From Callorhinchus milii (lineage: Eukaryota): a stretch of 39,206 nt of DNA. Below, in pieces: positions 9,086 through 19,460 of this stretch. The position numbers and the translations under genes were made by a program. The stretch spans positions 1-39,206 of the forward strand of contig NW_024705498.1 in the NCBI RefSeq assembly GCF_018977255.1, written 5' to 3'. Under the pieces are notes generated by a model that had not been told where the DNA came from, did no database searches, and saw only the letters and a list, made by a program, of their open reading frames with translations. How positions within the stretch are numbered: the first letter of the stretch is position 1; the number at the start of each line of letters is the position of its first letter.

Positions 9086-10426
9086 CTACTCAGCTTTGTC
9101 CAAAAACTCCACCCACACCTCCACATCCACAAACTGCTGGGGATTGCCTCTCTCTCCCTCGGAATCAGAATGCTCCTCCTGCTTCACGCTGCCTCCATCC
9201 ACTTGTAGATTGGGTCCTGGAGTCGAATCTTGATATTCACATTTCACTGTCACTTCTTCACATTTCACTTCTTCACATTTCACTGTCACTCCTGGCCATG
9301 TTGCCAAGTTGGAATTTTCTTCTGATTCGTGTTTCATGAGAGATGGGCTCATTGCAGCATGTTGATTTTCACAAGTCGATTTCACTTTCTCCTTGTGGAT
9401 CTTCTCATGCCTCTTTAAGTTTCCTGATAATGTAAATTCCTTCCCACAGAGAGTGCACTTGAAAGGATTCTCACCTGAATGTGTTGTCTTATGTTTCTTA
9501 AGAGATTTTGAATGAGCCAATGCCTTCCCATACACCAAGCACTTGTATGACTTATGCACTTGGTGTGTTCTCTGATGAACACGAAAAGTTTTTGAATGAG
9601 CAAATTCCTTCCCACACACAATGCACTTAAAGGGCTTCTCGCCCGTATGTGTTCTATTATGTTTCTTAAGATATGCTGACTCTGCAAATGCCTTACCACA
9701 TACACTGCACTTGAAGGGCTTCTCGCCTGTGTGTGTTCTCTGATGGATTTTAAGAGTTTTTGAATGAGCAAATGACTTCCCGCACACAGTGCACTTGAAG
9801 GGCTTCTCACCGGTGTGTCTTCGCTGATGAACACGAAGAATGTTTGAATGTGCAAATGCCTTCCCACACACAGTGCACTTGAAGGGCTTCTCACCGGTGT
9901 GTGTTCTCTGATGATTATGAAGAGTTACTGAACGAGCAAATGCCTTCCCACACACAGTGCACTTGAAGGGCTTTTCACCGGTGTGTGTTCGCCGATGAAC
10001 ACGAAGAATGTTTGAATGTGCAAATGCCTTCCCACAAACAGTGCACTTGAAGGGCTTCTCACCGGTGTGTGTTCTCTGATGAATATGAAGAGTTTGTGAA
10101 CGAGCAAATGTCTTGCCACACACAGTGCACTTGAAGGGCTTCTCGCCCGTGTGTGTTGTATTATGTTTCTTAAGATATTCTGACTCTGAAAATGCCTTAC
10201 CACATACACTGCACTTGAAGGGCTTCTCGCCTGTGTGTGTTCTCTGATGAATTTTAAGAGTTTTTGATTGAGCAAATGACTTCCCACACACACTGCACTT
10301 AAAGGGCTTCTCGCCAGTGTGTTTTGTCTGATGTCTCTTCAAGTTACACATCTCATCTGTGCTGTATGGACACTGGATGCATTGGTGCCTTTTACTTCCA
10401 GCCTTTGCCGAGCCTCTCTTCTCCAT
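9086..10426 (-). CDS. C2H2 zinc-finger protein, 446 aa, 12 fingers (finger 11 degenerate), no KRAB/SCAN/BTB seen
   Basis: Uninterrupted ORF with CxxC..H..H repeats and TGEKPF linkers. A CTGCAG splice acceptor lies 10 nt before the ATG. Confidence 0.92.
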   Translation of the reverse strand: MEKRGSAKAGSKRHQCIQCPYSTDEMCNLKRHQTKHTGEKPFKCSVCGKSFAQSKTLKIHQRTHTGEKPFKCSVCGKAFSESEYLKKHNTTHTGEKPFKCTVCGKTFARSQTLHIHQRTHTGEKPFKCTVCGKAFAHSNILRVHRRTHTGEKPFKCTVCGKAFARSVTLHNHQRTHTGEKPFKCTVCGKAFAHSNILRVHQRRHTGEKPFKCTVCGKSFAHSKTLKIHQRTHTGEKPFKCSVCGKAFAESAYLKKHNRTHTGEKPFKCIVCGKEFAHSKTFRVHQRTHQVHKSYKCLVYGKALAHSKSLKKHKTTHSGENPFKCTLCGKEFTLSGNLKRHEKIHKEKVKSTCENQHAAMSPSLMKHESEENSNLATWPGVTVKCEEVKCEEVTVKCEYQDSTPGPNLQVDGGSVKQEEHSDSEGERGNPQQFVDVEVWVEFLDKAE

Positions 10427-10467
10427 GTGATTGATTCTGCAGATACATACATATTACACACAATATA

Positions 10468-11185
10468 CAGGCAGACCTTGCTTAGTGCGACCCTATAGAG
10501 TGCCGATTTGTTACAGCGCTCTTTGTCCTGGATATTTTTGTTCTTAATTTTGTTTAGTTTACAAAGTGCTCACGAGTAAGAACACGCAGCAGCGCTCGCC
10601 AAGAAAACGTACCCATTGTTCGCTCTGCCAATAAGAGCGACGCATGCTCCAAGCCAAACAGACCCCACCCCTCACGATTTAATTATCACGATTCGTGGTC
10701 ATGATTATGTTTAAAAAAATGACTTGTTTAGCCAGTTGAGAACTCACACGACCAGGATAGAGTTTCAGTCACCACCTAAAAAAAACCTCGCCACACAAAT
10801 TTAGATTGAGGGATTCACTAAGATCAGGGAGGTCCTGAAGCATTTCTCTGAGAATGACCCGGACTGGAAGCGCAGCAGCTCCTTCAACCTTGTCTTCCTC
10901 CACTGACTTGTAAGATTAGTAAAGTAGAATGCACTCGTAAGCATAGTACATAATACTGATGTTATAAATTATTTTTACTAAATGTTTAGCATCTGTATTA
11001 TTAGCGCTATTACGGGTACCCAAATGAAGCCCTCATATTATTCATACTAAAGCTATACCATTGTCAGGAACGAATCCCTATGGAGTATACAATGGGTTTA
11101 TGATGACCCCTTGTAGCGCTGATCGATTGGCACTTAATTCTCCAGGAACAACGCATCTGGAGGAGCGCTAAGCGAGCTTTGGGTG
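10468..11185 (+). mobile_element. Tigger/pogo-like non-autonomous DNA transposon
   Basis: TA-flanked imperfect TIRs (CAGGCAGACCTTGCTTAGTGC / CACCCAAAGCTCGCTTAGCGC). Internal remnant KHFSENDPDWKRS resembles a Tigger transposase C-terminus. Confidence 0.6.
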
Positions 11186-11476
11186 TAAAGGGCAAGGGCA
11201 CTCACACCGACTGTGGAAGCCACTGGTCAGTCTGCCTCCTCTCTTTTTGACAAGGCAGGTTTTGCCCACTCACTGTTCTAAGCAGGCTAGACCCACTGCC
11301 GTGCAAACGTCACCAATCCAGCATTCCAGGTTCACCACTCTGGTCAAATGAAGCTGTCACCCTGATTAGTAAGAGAGTCGATAGATATAATTAAGTCCGT
11401 CTTGAAAACTCAACTCTTTAAACTGTCTTTGTGTGTGTGGGCGAGTGTGTGTGGGTGTTTGGGCGAGTGTGTGTGT

Positions 11477-11720
11477 GGGTGGTAGTGTACCGATTAGCGC
11501 GCTGTGCTATGAACCCGGCGACCCGGGTTCGGTTTCCCCTCAAAGCCAACACTAGTGACAAATATCTGAACTGGTCTTAGGCCTCCCCTAGGTCAACTCG
11601 GCCTCAAATGAGTACCTGGTGCGGTGTGTAAACATCGCCACTAGGGAGACAAAGGCAGGCTGGGCGTGGTGCTGGTCACCCGCCCCTTCGTGTGCCGTGC
11701 CGGCCTTCATAGATACTCGC
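11477..11720 (+). mobile_element. tRNA-derived SINE with Nin/Deu-like central domain
   Basis: A-box/B-box-like head (TGGTAGTGTACCGATTAGC..GGGTTCGGTTTCCC), followed by GTCAACTCGGCCTCAAATGAGTACCTGG..AAAGGCAGGCTGGGCGTGGTGCTGGTCACC. Confidence 0.7.
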
Positions 11721-12149
11721 TGACAGTGGGTGAGTGTGTAAGTGTATGAGTGGGAGCGTGTGGGTGAGCGTGTTGGTTGGCGAGTGTAATTGTGTCATGC
11801 TTTGATATCTCATTCAGACTAAAAATAAAGGTCTGGACTGGTTTTGTCCGAATATTCAAGTGGTGAAAAGCGGCCTGCATATTACTCAATCGGGAATACG
11901 CGCAAAAGCATCGCCCCACCCCCCCCCCCCAATGCAAAACAAAAACTCGACGATCCTGAACTAGAGTATGGAGACTCTGAGAGGTGAAGTAGTCAGCCAG
12001 GTGAAGACAAATTAAACTTACAAAGCAAAGTCAGGCAAGGCCTGCATGGCTCGGCCCCACGTAGTAACGTTCCAACCTGGACATCGATTCCATACTTGCC
12101 GCTACTCAATTGCTATCGCTACGAGAGAGAGAGGGAAGAAGCGAGGCTG

Positions 12150-12300
12150 TACCTGGGTAAACAACAACAACAACAACCAACATCACGATGTGAACTTCTC
12201 ACCTCCGATCCGAGGGAGTTGTGCGCACAGAAGCAGCTCCTGGGATCTCGTGACGTCACACGGAAGCACGCAGCGGGGAGATGACATGACGTCACTAGCA
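12150..12300 (-). promoter_or_regulatory. Candidate promoter and non-coding first exon of the zinc-finger gene
   Basis: Two palindromic CRE sites TGACGTCA (12251-12258, 12287-12294) and an ETS-like CGGAAG (12261-12266) in CpG-rich sequence. Possible donor CAG|GTAC at 12153/12152. Confidence 0.45.
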
Positions 12301-12999
12301 CCCACACCTCAAGTTAACGCGGATGTGTATAAGAAATTATGGTAACGAGGCATGCCCATATATGGAGTAATTGGGCGTGACCGCAGAATTAATGGGTAAA
12401 TTACGTTAATGAGCCGCCAGGGGTATTTGTTTTACTGCAGACTCAACATACAACGTCACCCCGGGCCTTTGAAGTTAAGGGAATAATAAAAGTATACACT
12501 AATTCGCTAAAATTGGTTCTGCTGAAACAGAAGTTTTCAGTTTCATTTACTAGGTATAACCGCGTGAGCCATGTGGCTCTTGACTCGGGTGCAACCGCAA
12601 CAAAACAAAAACATGAACAAGAAACATCTTAAAGTGACTACACGCAACAGAAAATCGTGGAAAAAACAGCAAAGTCTTCTAGAAAAAACACCATATTTCA
12701 ACGCTGTGTGCAAAAATCCCAGTGGGATGCAAGTCAAACAATAACAACCATAAGACAATGTAGATTACAGTTATCAGGCTAACTCTGTACACAACAAACA
12801 AACATGGCTAAACCAAAACTTCACCAAAATAAACTCATAGGAACTGTGATTCAAATTTAACAATAAACGATATACATAACTGTACGACCAAACTTTGCAG
12901 CCTTAGTTGGCTGCATGAGTCACTCCATAACAGCAGGAGTATCAGTAGCAAAATCAACATTTTTCAATATACCTTAAAGATCAGCACACTATTATCAAA

Positions 13000-13460
13000 A
13001 CTCAAGATCATACTTTGCAGCGGTCATCCGGAATGATACATATGATTTCAGACCATTCTGAATAGCAGTGGCAGCTACGGGTGTACAACTCCTCTAGAGC
13101 AGTTTTGAGTGAAGATCTCACAGGTAGTAATCCAAGTTGCAGTTTATTGGCGATAGCATTCCAGACCCCGGGGGCATCAATAGAAAAGGCCCTTCCTCCA
13201 GTATTTGTACGGCAATAAGGAATGTGAAGCTGGTGAATGAGAATTTGTTCTTCGAAACAGTGAGGAGATCCAGCAGGTTGTCTGCTGATTTTTTTTATTA
13301 GTACATCAAGAATAAATAAGATCTGATGCACAAGCCGTCGATCATTAAGACATGGTAAGTTTCACCCAATGTAAAGATCGCAGTGGTGGGTCCTATACGG
13401 GCAGTTCAATGCAAATCTTAAGGCCGAGTGATAAATTGATAAAGCTTCTTCAGTAGAGTA
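13000..13460 (-). mobile_element. Degenerate CR1/L2-group LINE 3' fragment
   Basis: LHIPYCRTNTGGRAFSIDAPGVWN is the C-terminal ORF2 motif of CR1/L2-type LINEs. Boundaries are approximate. Confidence 0.55.
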
Positions 13461-13481
13461 CTGTCTGCTGGTTTATATACG

Positions 13482-14697
13482 AGTTACATTGAGGAAACCA
13501 AACGACATGTCTCGGACCGCATCCGTGAACATAAAGCAGACCTGAAACACGGTAGGACAAACACCTCAGCCGTGGCAGATCACTGTTACAACTCAGTGGG
13601 CTCACATGACATTGAGTTCTCCAAGACAGAGGTTCTCTGCAAGCCATCTGGCTACCATGAGAGATTCGTTCATGAGGCGATCCACATATACAAACACAGA
13701 GACAATTTCAACCGAGAATATGTATTCTGGCTCAGCAATCATTGGAAGGACGTAATAAACCATTCGGATCTTAACTGATTGTGTTCACGTTTACGGTGAC
13801 TTTCAGACCGCGTTCCACTCACTGGCATTGTATTCTCCGCAGGGAATGGATTCTTTGCTCCGCTGCACGTTTTCCCCCCACGACTCACCCATTGACACGA
13901 CGGTCAATGGTACAGTGTATAATAACAAATAGTATAACATTATATGCTTAATACAATGTACAAAGTACATATAGTATCGTAATTGTATAGTAAACATATA
14001 GCAGTGTGATACACATTAGGGTGGTAGAATAATACATAGTGTTATATTAAAATGTATAAGGTATAGGGTGGTTTATAGCAATACAGTATGTAATTGTGGG
14101 TTTATCTATGGCAGTATATAGTACGGTGTATGCTCGTGTGATGTAAGAGAATAAAGTTTAGATGGAAGCATATTATATATTTTTACGACGTAGAATTGCA
14201 ATGTATTACTTGCTGTTAGTAACTCAGCTTATTGTAGAGTATAGTAAATATACTGATGATGCTATGCAGTTTATACTTAATTTTTACGTAGTTTACACTT
14301 TAGTTTTCTACGTGGTTGTTTAGTAACTGCAGCTACATACTATTAACATTCCTTTCCTTTGTTAATGCTACTCCCTGCACCCTCCCTTGGTGCTGCTGAT
14401 CCTGCATAATGCATGGGCATAATATGACTTTGAAACCCCCCGCCCACCTCCTACGCATTTCCATGAATATGCTAAATTCCTCTTGATATGCACATTCTTT
14501 TGTTAAGGCGCTCCTCTTCCACCTCCTACCCAGCTTATATATAAGCTCCTAGCTTGGCAGTGTCTCATTCTTCACCTGAAGATGGCTGCTTGCGTTGTAG
14601 CCGAAACGTCGTGAGAATTATTTTATTTTATTATGTTTTATTTTTATTGTTTTATTACTTCCCTTCTACGTGACTTTACCGAAAGAACCAAGAAGAT
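13482..14697 (+). mobile_element. 5'-truncated Penelope-like retroelement (GIY-YIG end, UTR, pLTR)
   Basis: Near-identical inverted copy of 1484-2710. TATATAAG 14538-14545, CATTC, hammerhead and pLTR tail. Confidence 0.9.
14567..14618 (+). ncRNA. Minimal hammerhead ribozyme motif (PLE type)
   Basis: attcttcac-CTGAAGA-t-ggctgc(ttgcgtt)gtagcc-GAAAC-GTC-gtgagaat. Confidence 0.8.
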
Positions 14698-15424
14698 GTC
14701 ACAGTAATAAAGTAGAGGCCGTATGGTAGCTTTATCAATTCCAAGCAGAGCATATGGGGGGAGCAGTGCTTGTGTCGATACAGAAAAACATGTTTTTTTA
14801 TTTTACCAATATGATCAATGTGATCTTGAAAATTCAGTTTGAATGACAGTCGCGTCGGGAATAAACTCTAGCATAAAATACCGACCTTGCGTGGTTTCTG
14901 TGGGTGTGGAGAGAGCGTGGGTGGTGTGAGTACGCGCATAAGTGTGGTGATCGGCGCGCATTCACTAATAAACGATCGTGGACGGTCGGTGCAGGCGTGA
15001 ATCACGGTGAAGTAAGAGAGGTAACCTCGATTCGATTGTCGTTGCGATTGGCCACGCTAACCATGCGCGTTTGCGCAATGGATTGACGCACGAGTATCGT
15101 CAGTAATAGCTCGTCATAGTGCGGGAATTGGCGCGCGAATAACTTCATCAGCGCGACCATTTTACCCGGGTTTTGCGCGAAAATCCTGCTGACTACGCCA
15201 GAATCCCGTCGACGTTCCTCCGTCATTTTACCCGGGTTTTGCACGCGAATCCTGCCGACGTTCATTCGCCATTGTGCCCGGGTGTTGCTAGCAATCCTGT
15301 CGACATTCCTTCATCATTTTCTGGTGCTTGAGCGTGGTGCTTATTTACTCCGCGCGTTTTACGCAGTAGGTTTTCGTGGCGACGTTCACCTTAAGGGTGT
15401 CGGCAGGTGCCAAATTCAAGCACG

Positions 15425-15549
15425 TGGTGCTGCTGGTGGTGGTTATTGTGGTGGTGGTGGTTGTGGTGGTGGCTGTGGTGGTTGTGGTGGTACTGCTGGT
15501 GGTGCTTTTGGTGGTGGTGCTGCTGGTGGTGCTTTTGATGGTGGTGCTG
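15425..15549. repeat. Imperfect (GGT/GCT/TGT)n trinucleotide microsatellite
   Basis: Directly visible triplet run. Confidence 0.9.
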
Positions 15550-15915
15550 CGCCGCGCCCGCGCATATTCATACGGCTATTTTTAGCTCGTGCACGTGGCG
15601 GCCAAGAGGTGCGGTGGCTGCACTGCACGAGTGTGGGCAGTGGCATGCATGGGCACGCACGTCAAGGAGTCTTCTCCAAACATTTGGGGGAGTGTTTGCG
15701 GGGAGTGTGTGTGGATAACCCCGGGTGGCCGAGAGCCAGCCACTAGTCATGCTCACAGGGAGGACGCGGAGGAAGCGAGGCTGAAGACTCGAGCGGCAGC
15801 AGCGCGGAGGGAGGAAGGGGAGGTGAAGGGTCGAAGAGCAGCAGCCCTAACACGAGTGAGGAGTCGGGGGCCAGCAGCTCCCACAGGTGACTGCCTGTAT
15901 TTTAATTCTACACTC

Positions 15916-18157
15916 AATAATAATAATGTACAATTTGTAACGCGCGCAAATTTGCAGACGTAGTGGCCGCAACTCAGAGGCGCGGAGCCAAGCTCAGAGT
16001 CGCTCAAAAGCATGATTGTAGAGGTGAGTTTTTAAGTGTCTCTTGAAGGAGGCGATTGAGGTGATGCTGCGAATGTGCAGAGGATATCGTTCCAGACTGT
16101 TGGGGCTGCCACCGAGAAGCGGCGCGTAGACATGACCATCCTGGATCTTGTATCGAGAGGAGGTCGTGAGTCGCGCTGCGCAGGCATCTGCCGTGTGCTG
16201 AGTGCAAGTTGTCAATAATGAAGAAGATACGGGGGCAGGCGGATATGAAGGCATTGTGGCAGAGGCAGGCGGTCTTGTATGTGACCCTACTGGCAATGGG
16301 GAGCCATTGAGAGCGCGGAGACGAGCTAGTGAGTCGAGGCGGGATGAGTGTGGGCAATGACGACGCGTGCTAGGTTATTTTGTAGTCTTTGAAGCTTCTT
16401 TAGGTTGCCAGCGGAGGTCCGGACAAGGACGGAGTTACAATAGTCAAGGCGAGACCCAACTATGCAACATCAAAGTGTTGGCAATTTCAGTAGAGATGAG
16501 AGGACGTATGTGTCTAAGAGCCTTCAGGTGAAAGTTACATGAGCTGATGATATGGTTGGTTTGACGGTCGAAGGATAAAGTTGAATCTAGGATGACACCG
16601 AGGTAGCTGAAGTGGTCGGTGAACTTGATGCTGTGACCGAAGATGTGTATGTGTGTGGGGAGTGCTGCTGAATTGAGACGTTGCTTGGTACCTAACATGA
16701 TGGCCACTGACTTTTCGGATTAAGGGCTAGGTTGTGTGCAGTGAACCATTGTTGCACGGCGGTGGTACATTCCGAGAGCCTCTCGAATCCAGATGCATTG
16801 CTAGAATCGATGGCGGTGAATAGAATCGTGTCATCCGCGTATGAGTGATGCTTAACACCGAAGCTTGCAATGAGCCGGCCGATCGGGGAAGTGTAGGCTG
16901 TGAAGAGCAGGGGACCTAGAACAGAGCCCTGGGGAACCCCGCATAATGCTCTTGTTTCAGGCGATGTGGACATGCCCACCCTGACTGAAAATTGCCGGTC
17001 AGAAAGGTACGAAGCTATCCACTTGAGTGCTGAGCCGCATATACCGAAGTCGGATTTCAGGAGGGAAGTAAGGAGCGAATGGTTGATGGTGTCGAAGGCT
17101 GACGAAATGTCCAGACTTACAAGTGCAACAGTTGAGCCGGAATCAATGATCGTTAAAATGTCATCGAGCACTCTAGTGAGTGCTGTTTCTGTGGAATAGT
17201 TTTGACGGTAAGCTGACTGGAAGTAGCAGTAGTTTGCGGAGGAGGTGACGTGTGGTTGTAGCTGGGCGAGGGCTAGTCGTTCAAGGAGTTTAGAGAGGTT
17301 CGAGAGGTTAGTGATGGGACGATAACTAGATGGGTCATCCGGATCTAGATTTGGTTTCTTTAACAAGGGAGAAACCAGGCCAGATTTGAGGTTGGACGGA
17401 AAACACCCCGAAGAGAAGGAGGCATTTGCGATGTTCCTGATCATGATGGCGAGTTCCGGAGCACATTGCTTGAACAAGGAACCTGGGAGCACGTCGAGTG
17501 GAGATGACTTCAAATGAAGTGATTCAATTAAAGCGAAAACGTCTTTTGTAGACACAGGCTTTAGCATAGTTAGAAGAGTGTCTGGGTTAGTGCTTACAAT
17601 TTTAGGTACCATGAGCGGGGTACAATGGTGCAATGTGTCAGTAGACGTGCACAGTTTGCGACGGCGATTAGCTTGTTGTTGAAGTAAGTATTAAAAGAGG
17701 TGGCAAGTTTCAGTGAGGCAAGGGTATCGCTAAGGTGAGGGACCATAGTGCTACCAGGATGGAGAAGATCTTGAGGGTTTTCCATAGAATGCGCGGGTTT
17801 CCGGTTGCTTTTTTGATGCGTTCCTCAATGTGGGAGGAACGTGAGACAAGGATCAGTTTGTTAGTTTTCCTGCAGGCGACTCTGTAAGCAAGTCGATCAG
17901 CAGGTAGACCACTGCGGGATGCGATACGTTCAAGGCGCCTCCTGGTTCGCTTAGCAATGATGGCATCTCTTGAGAGCCATGAGTGTCGTGAGAAGACTGC
18001 CTAGCGGTTCGTGAGCTAGTTTTTCCAGCGCCGCCCTCATGTCAGCTTCTAGTTGGAGAGCGCAGACAGTTGGATCCGATGATGGGGATAACATTGAAAG
18101 CGAGTTTGCAAGGAGGTGACGAAAAGCAGGAAATGCGATACCCTTGAAATTACGCAA
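15916..18157 (-). mobile_element. 5'-truncated L2-clade LINE (RT region through 3' tail), frameshifted
   Basis: SYRPITNLS.LSKLLER, QSAYR..STETAL, LDISSAFDTI, GVPQGSVLGPLLF, SYADD, WLPI..R..YK. The 3' end has a (TTA)n tail at ~15916-15927. Confidence 0.9.
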
Positions 18158-18199
18158 GCCGCACCCTTACCATAATAATAAAAAGTGGGCCGTTCCTGG

Positions 18200-18432
18200 C
18201 CCTTCCCCCCCCTCAACCATTATATATACGGAGTGGTATCTCTTGAAATCTCTCATTTACTTGATACAGCTGTCGTGCTGTGACGGTTGCACCTGAAGAC
18301 GGAAGCTTGTGTTGCCTCCAAAACGTCGTGATTTTTAACTTTTATTAATTTAAATTTAAATTTTTTACCTGCGTGACTTTACCGAAAAAAACCTAAGAAT
18401 ATGAATCCTTGCAGTCACGAAAGCTTCAAATC
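18200..18432 (+). mobile_element. Solo Penelope-like pLTR with decayed hammerhead
   Basis: TATATATA ~18221, cac-CTGAAGA..AAAACGTC-gtg (18290-18330, G12>A), then CGTGACTTTACCGAAA..AGTCACGAAAGCTT. Confidence 0.75.
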
Positions 18433-18559
18433 TATAATTAACTACCATTAGCTGACGGCTGTGTTCTTCTCCAGCTAATTTTCTTCCTTTGGATTTCCAG
18501 CCTCAATTCAATGGTACACCACTATGCTCCGAGTTATTTTTCCCACTGAGCTTTCCGCC

Positions 18560-19235
18560 CTGATCGCCAATTCCCGCCCGACATATTGTCCTCTACACCA
18601 ATTTCCTTCGAAAATCCTCAAATAAAGTTTTGCCCCATTGGAACCATTTGCATTGGATCTATTCAACAGATCTCTAAAAACAGGTATTGTTCCTTCACGG
18701 TGGCCGTTGTCACTACTCTGCTTAAAAGTCAGGTCTTGATCCGGAGTGCTTTATTAATTACCGACCTATTCCCAATCTTCCTTTTATTTCTAAGGTCCTT
18801 GAGCGCGCTGTAGCAAATCGGCTCTGGCAGCATCTGATTTTAAATGAATTGCTCAACCATTTCAATTGGGGTTGAGAGTATAACACAGCACAGAGACCAC
18901 TCTGGTTAGGGTGTTTAACGATCTGTTAGTTGCTGCAGACCACGGTACACCAAGTGCTCTGGTTCTTCTAAAACTCAGCTTAGCTTTTGATACAATTCAC
19001 TATGACATTTAATTTGAACGGTTGGAGAATATTATGGGGGTAACAGATTCTGCTCTGGAGTGGTTCCAGTTCTTACCTGCAAAAGCGAAAGCAGTATGTC
19101 AATATGGACGGCTTTAAGCCTCGGTCAGTTCAGTGCAGTCTGGGTTCCTCAAGGATCGGTGCTTGGTCCATTCTGTTTAGCATTTACACGGCCCCATTGG
19201 AGCACTGGTGCGATTTCTTGGGCTATGCTACCACT
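18560..19235 (+). mobile_element. Old L2-type LINE RT fragment
   Basis: NYRPIPNLPFISKVLER, HSTETTLVRVFNDLL, AFDTI and GVPQGSVLGP-like motifs with stops and frameshifts. Cut just before the YADD motif. Confidence 0.8.
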
Positions 19236-19460
19236 TTAACATGTAGGCTTTCGCGACCAATATTATTCATAATCAACGTTTTGGGTTTAGATCGCGTTAT
19301 TTATAAATGTGTCGTAACCCTCCACCACCCGACACGACCAATTAGTAAAAAGTGTCACGTTGACAAAAGACAAATAGTTCACTGCTTTAGCCCACCGGTG
19401 TGTTGAAGCGTGAAACCACAACATTTACAATTTGAGTACGACGTTTCGCTGGTAATTGCG
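19236..19460 (-). mobile_element. 3' half of the pLTR-like host repeat (downstream flank of the Tx1 train)
   Basis: Homologous to 7020-7230. Starts cgcaattaccagc-GAAACGTC (hammerhead 3' half) and ends CGCGATC..GGTCGCG-AAAGCCT. Confidence 0.7.

Noticed and set aside
9420..10330. Regular 84-bp repeats resembling a CRISPR-like array
   Set aside because: They are the coding repeats of C2H2 fingers in a eukaryotic gene.
11477..11540. tRNA gene
   Set aside because: The cloverleaf is imperfect and it runs directly into a SINE body.
15282..15746. Gly-rich, poly-Val and Pro-rich ORFs
   Set aside because: They are translations of a trinucleotide microsatellite with no domain evidence.
19236..19260. 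TTAA-C terminus suggesting a piggyBac/Kolobok host (also at 7227-7230)
   Set aside because: No convincing partner TIR was found. The end instead matches the pLTR terminal stem plus AAAG pattern.
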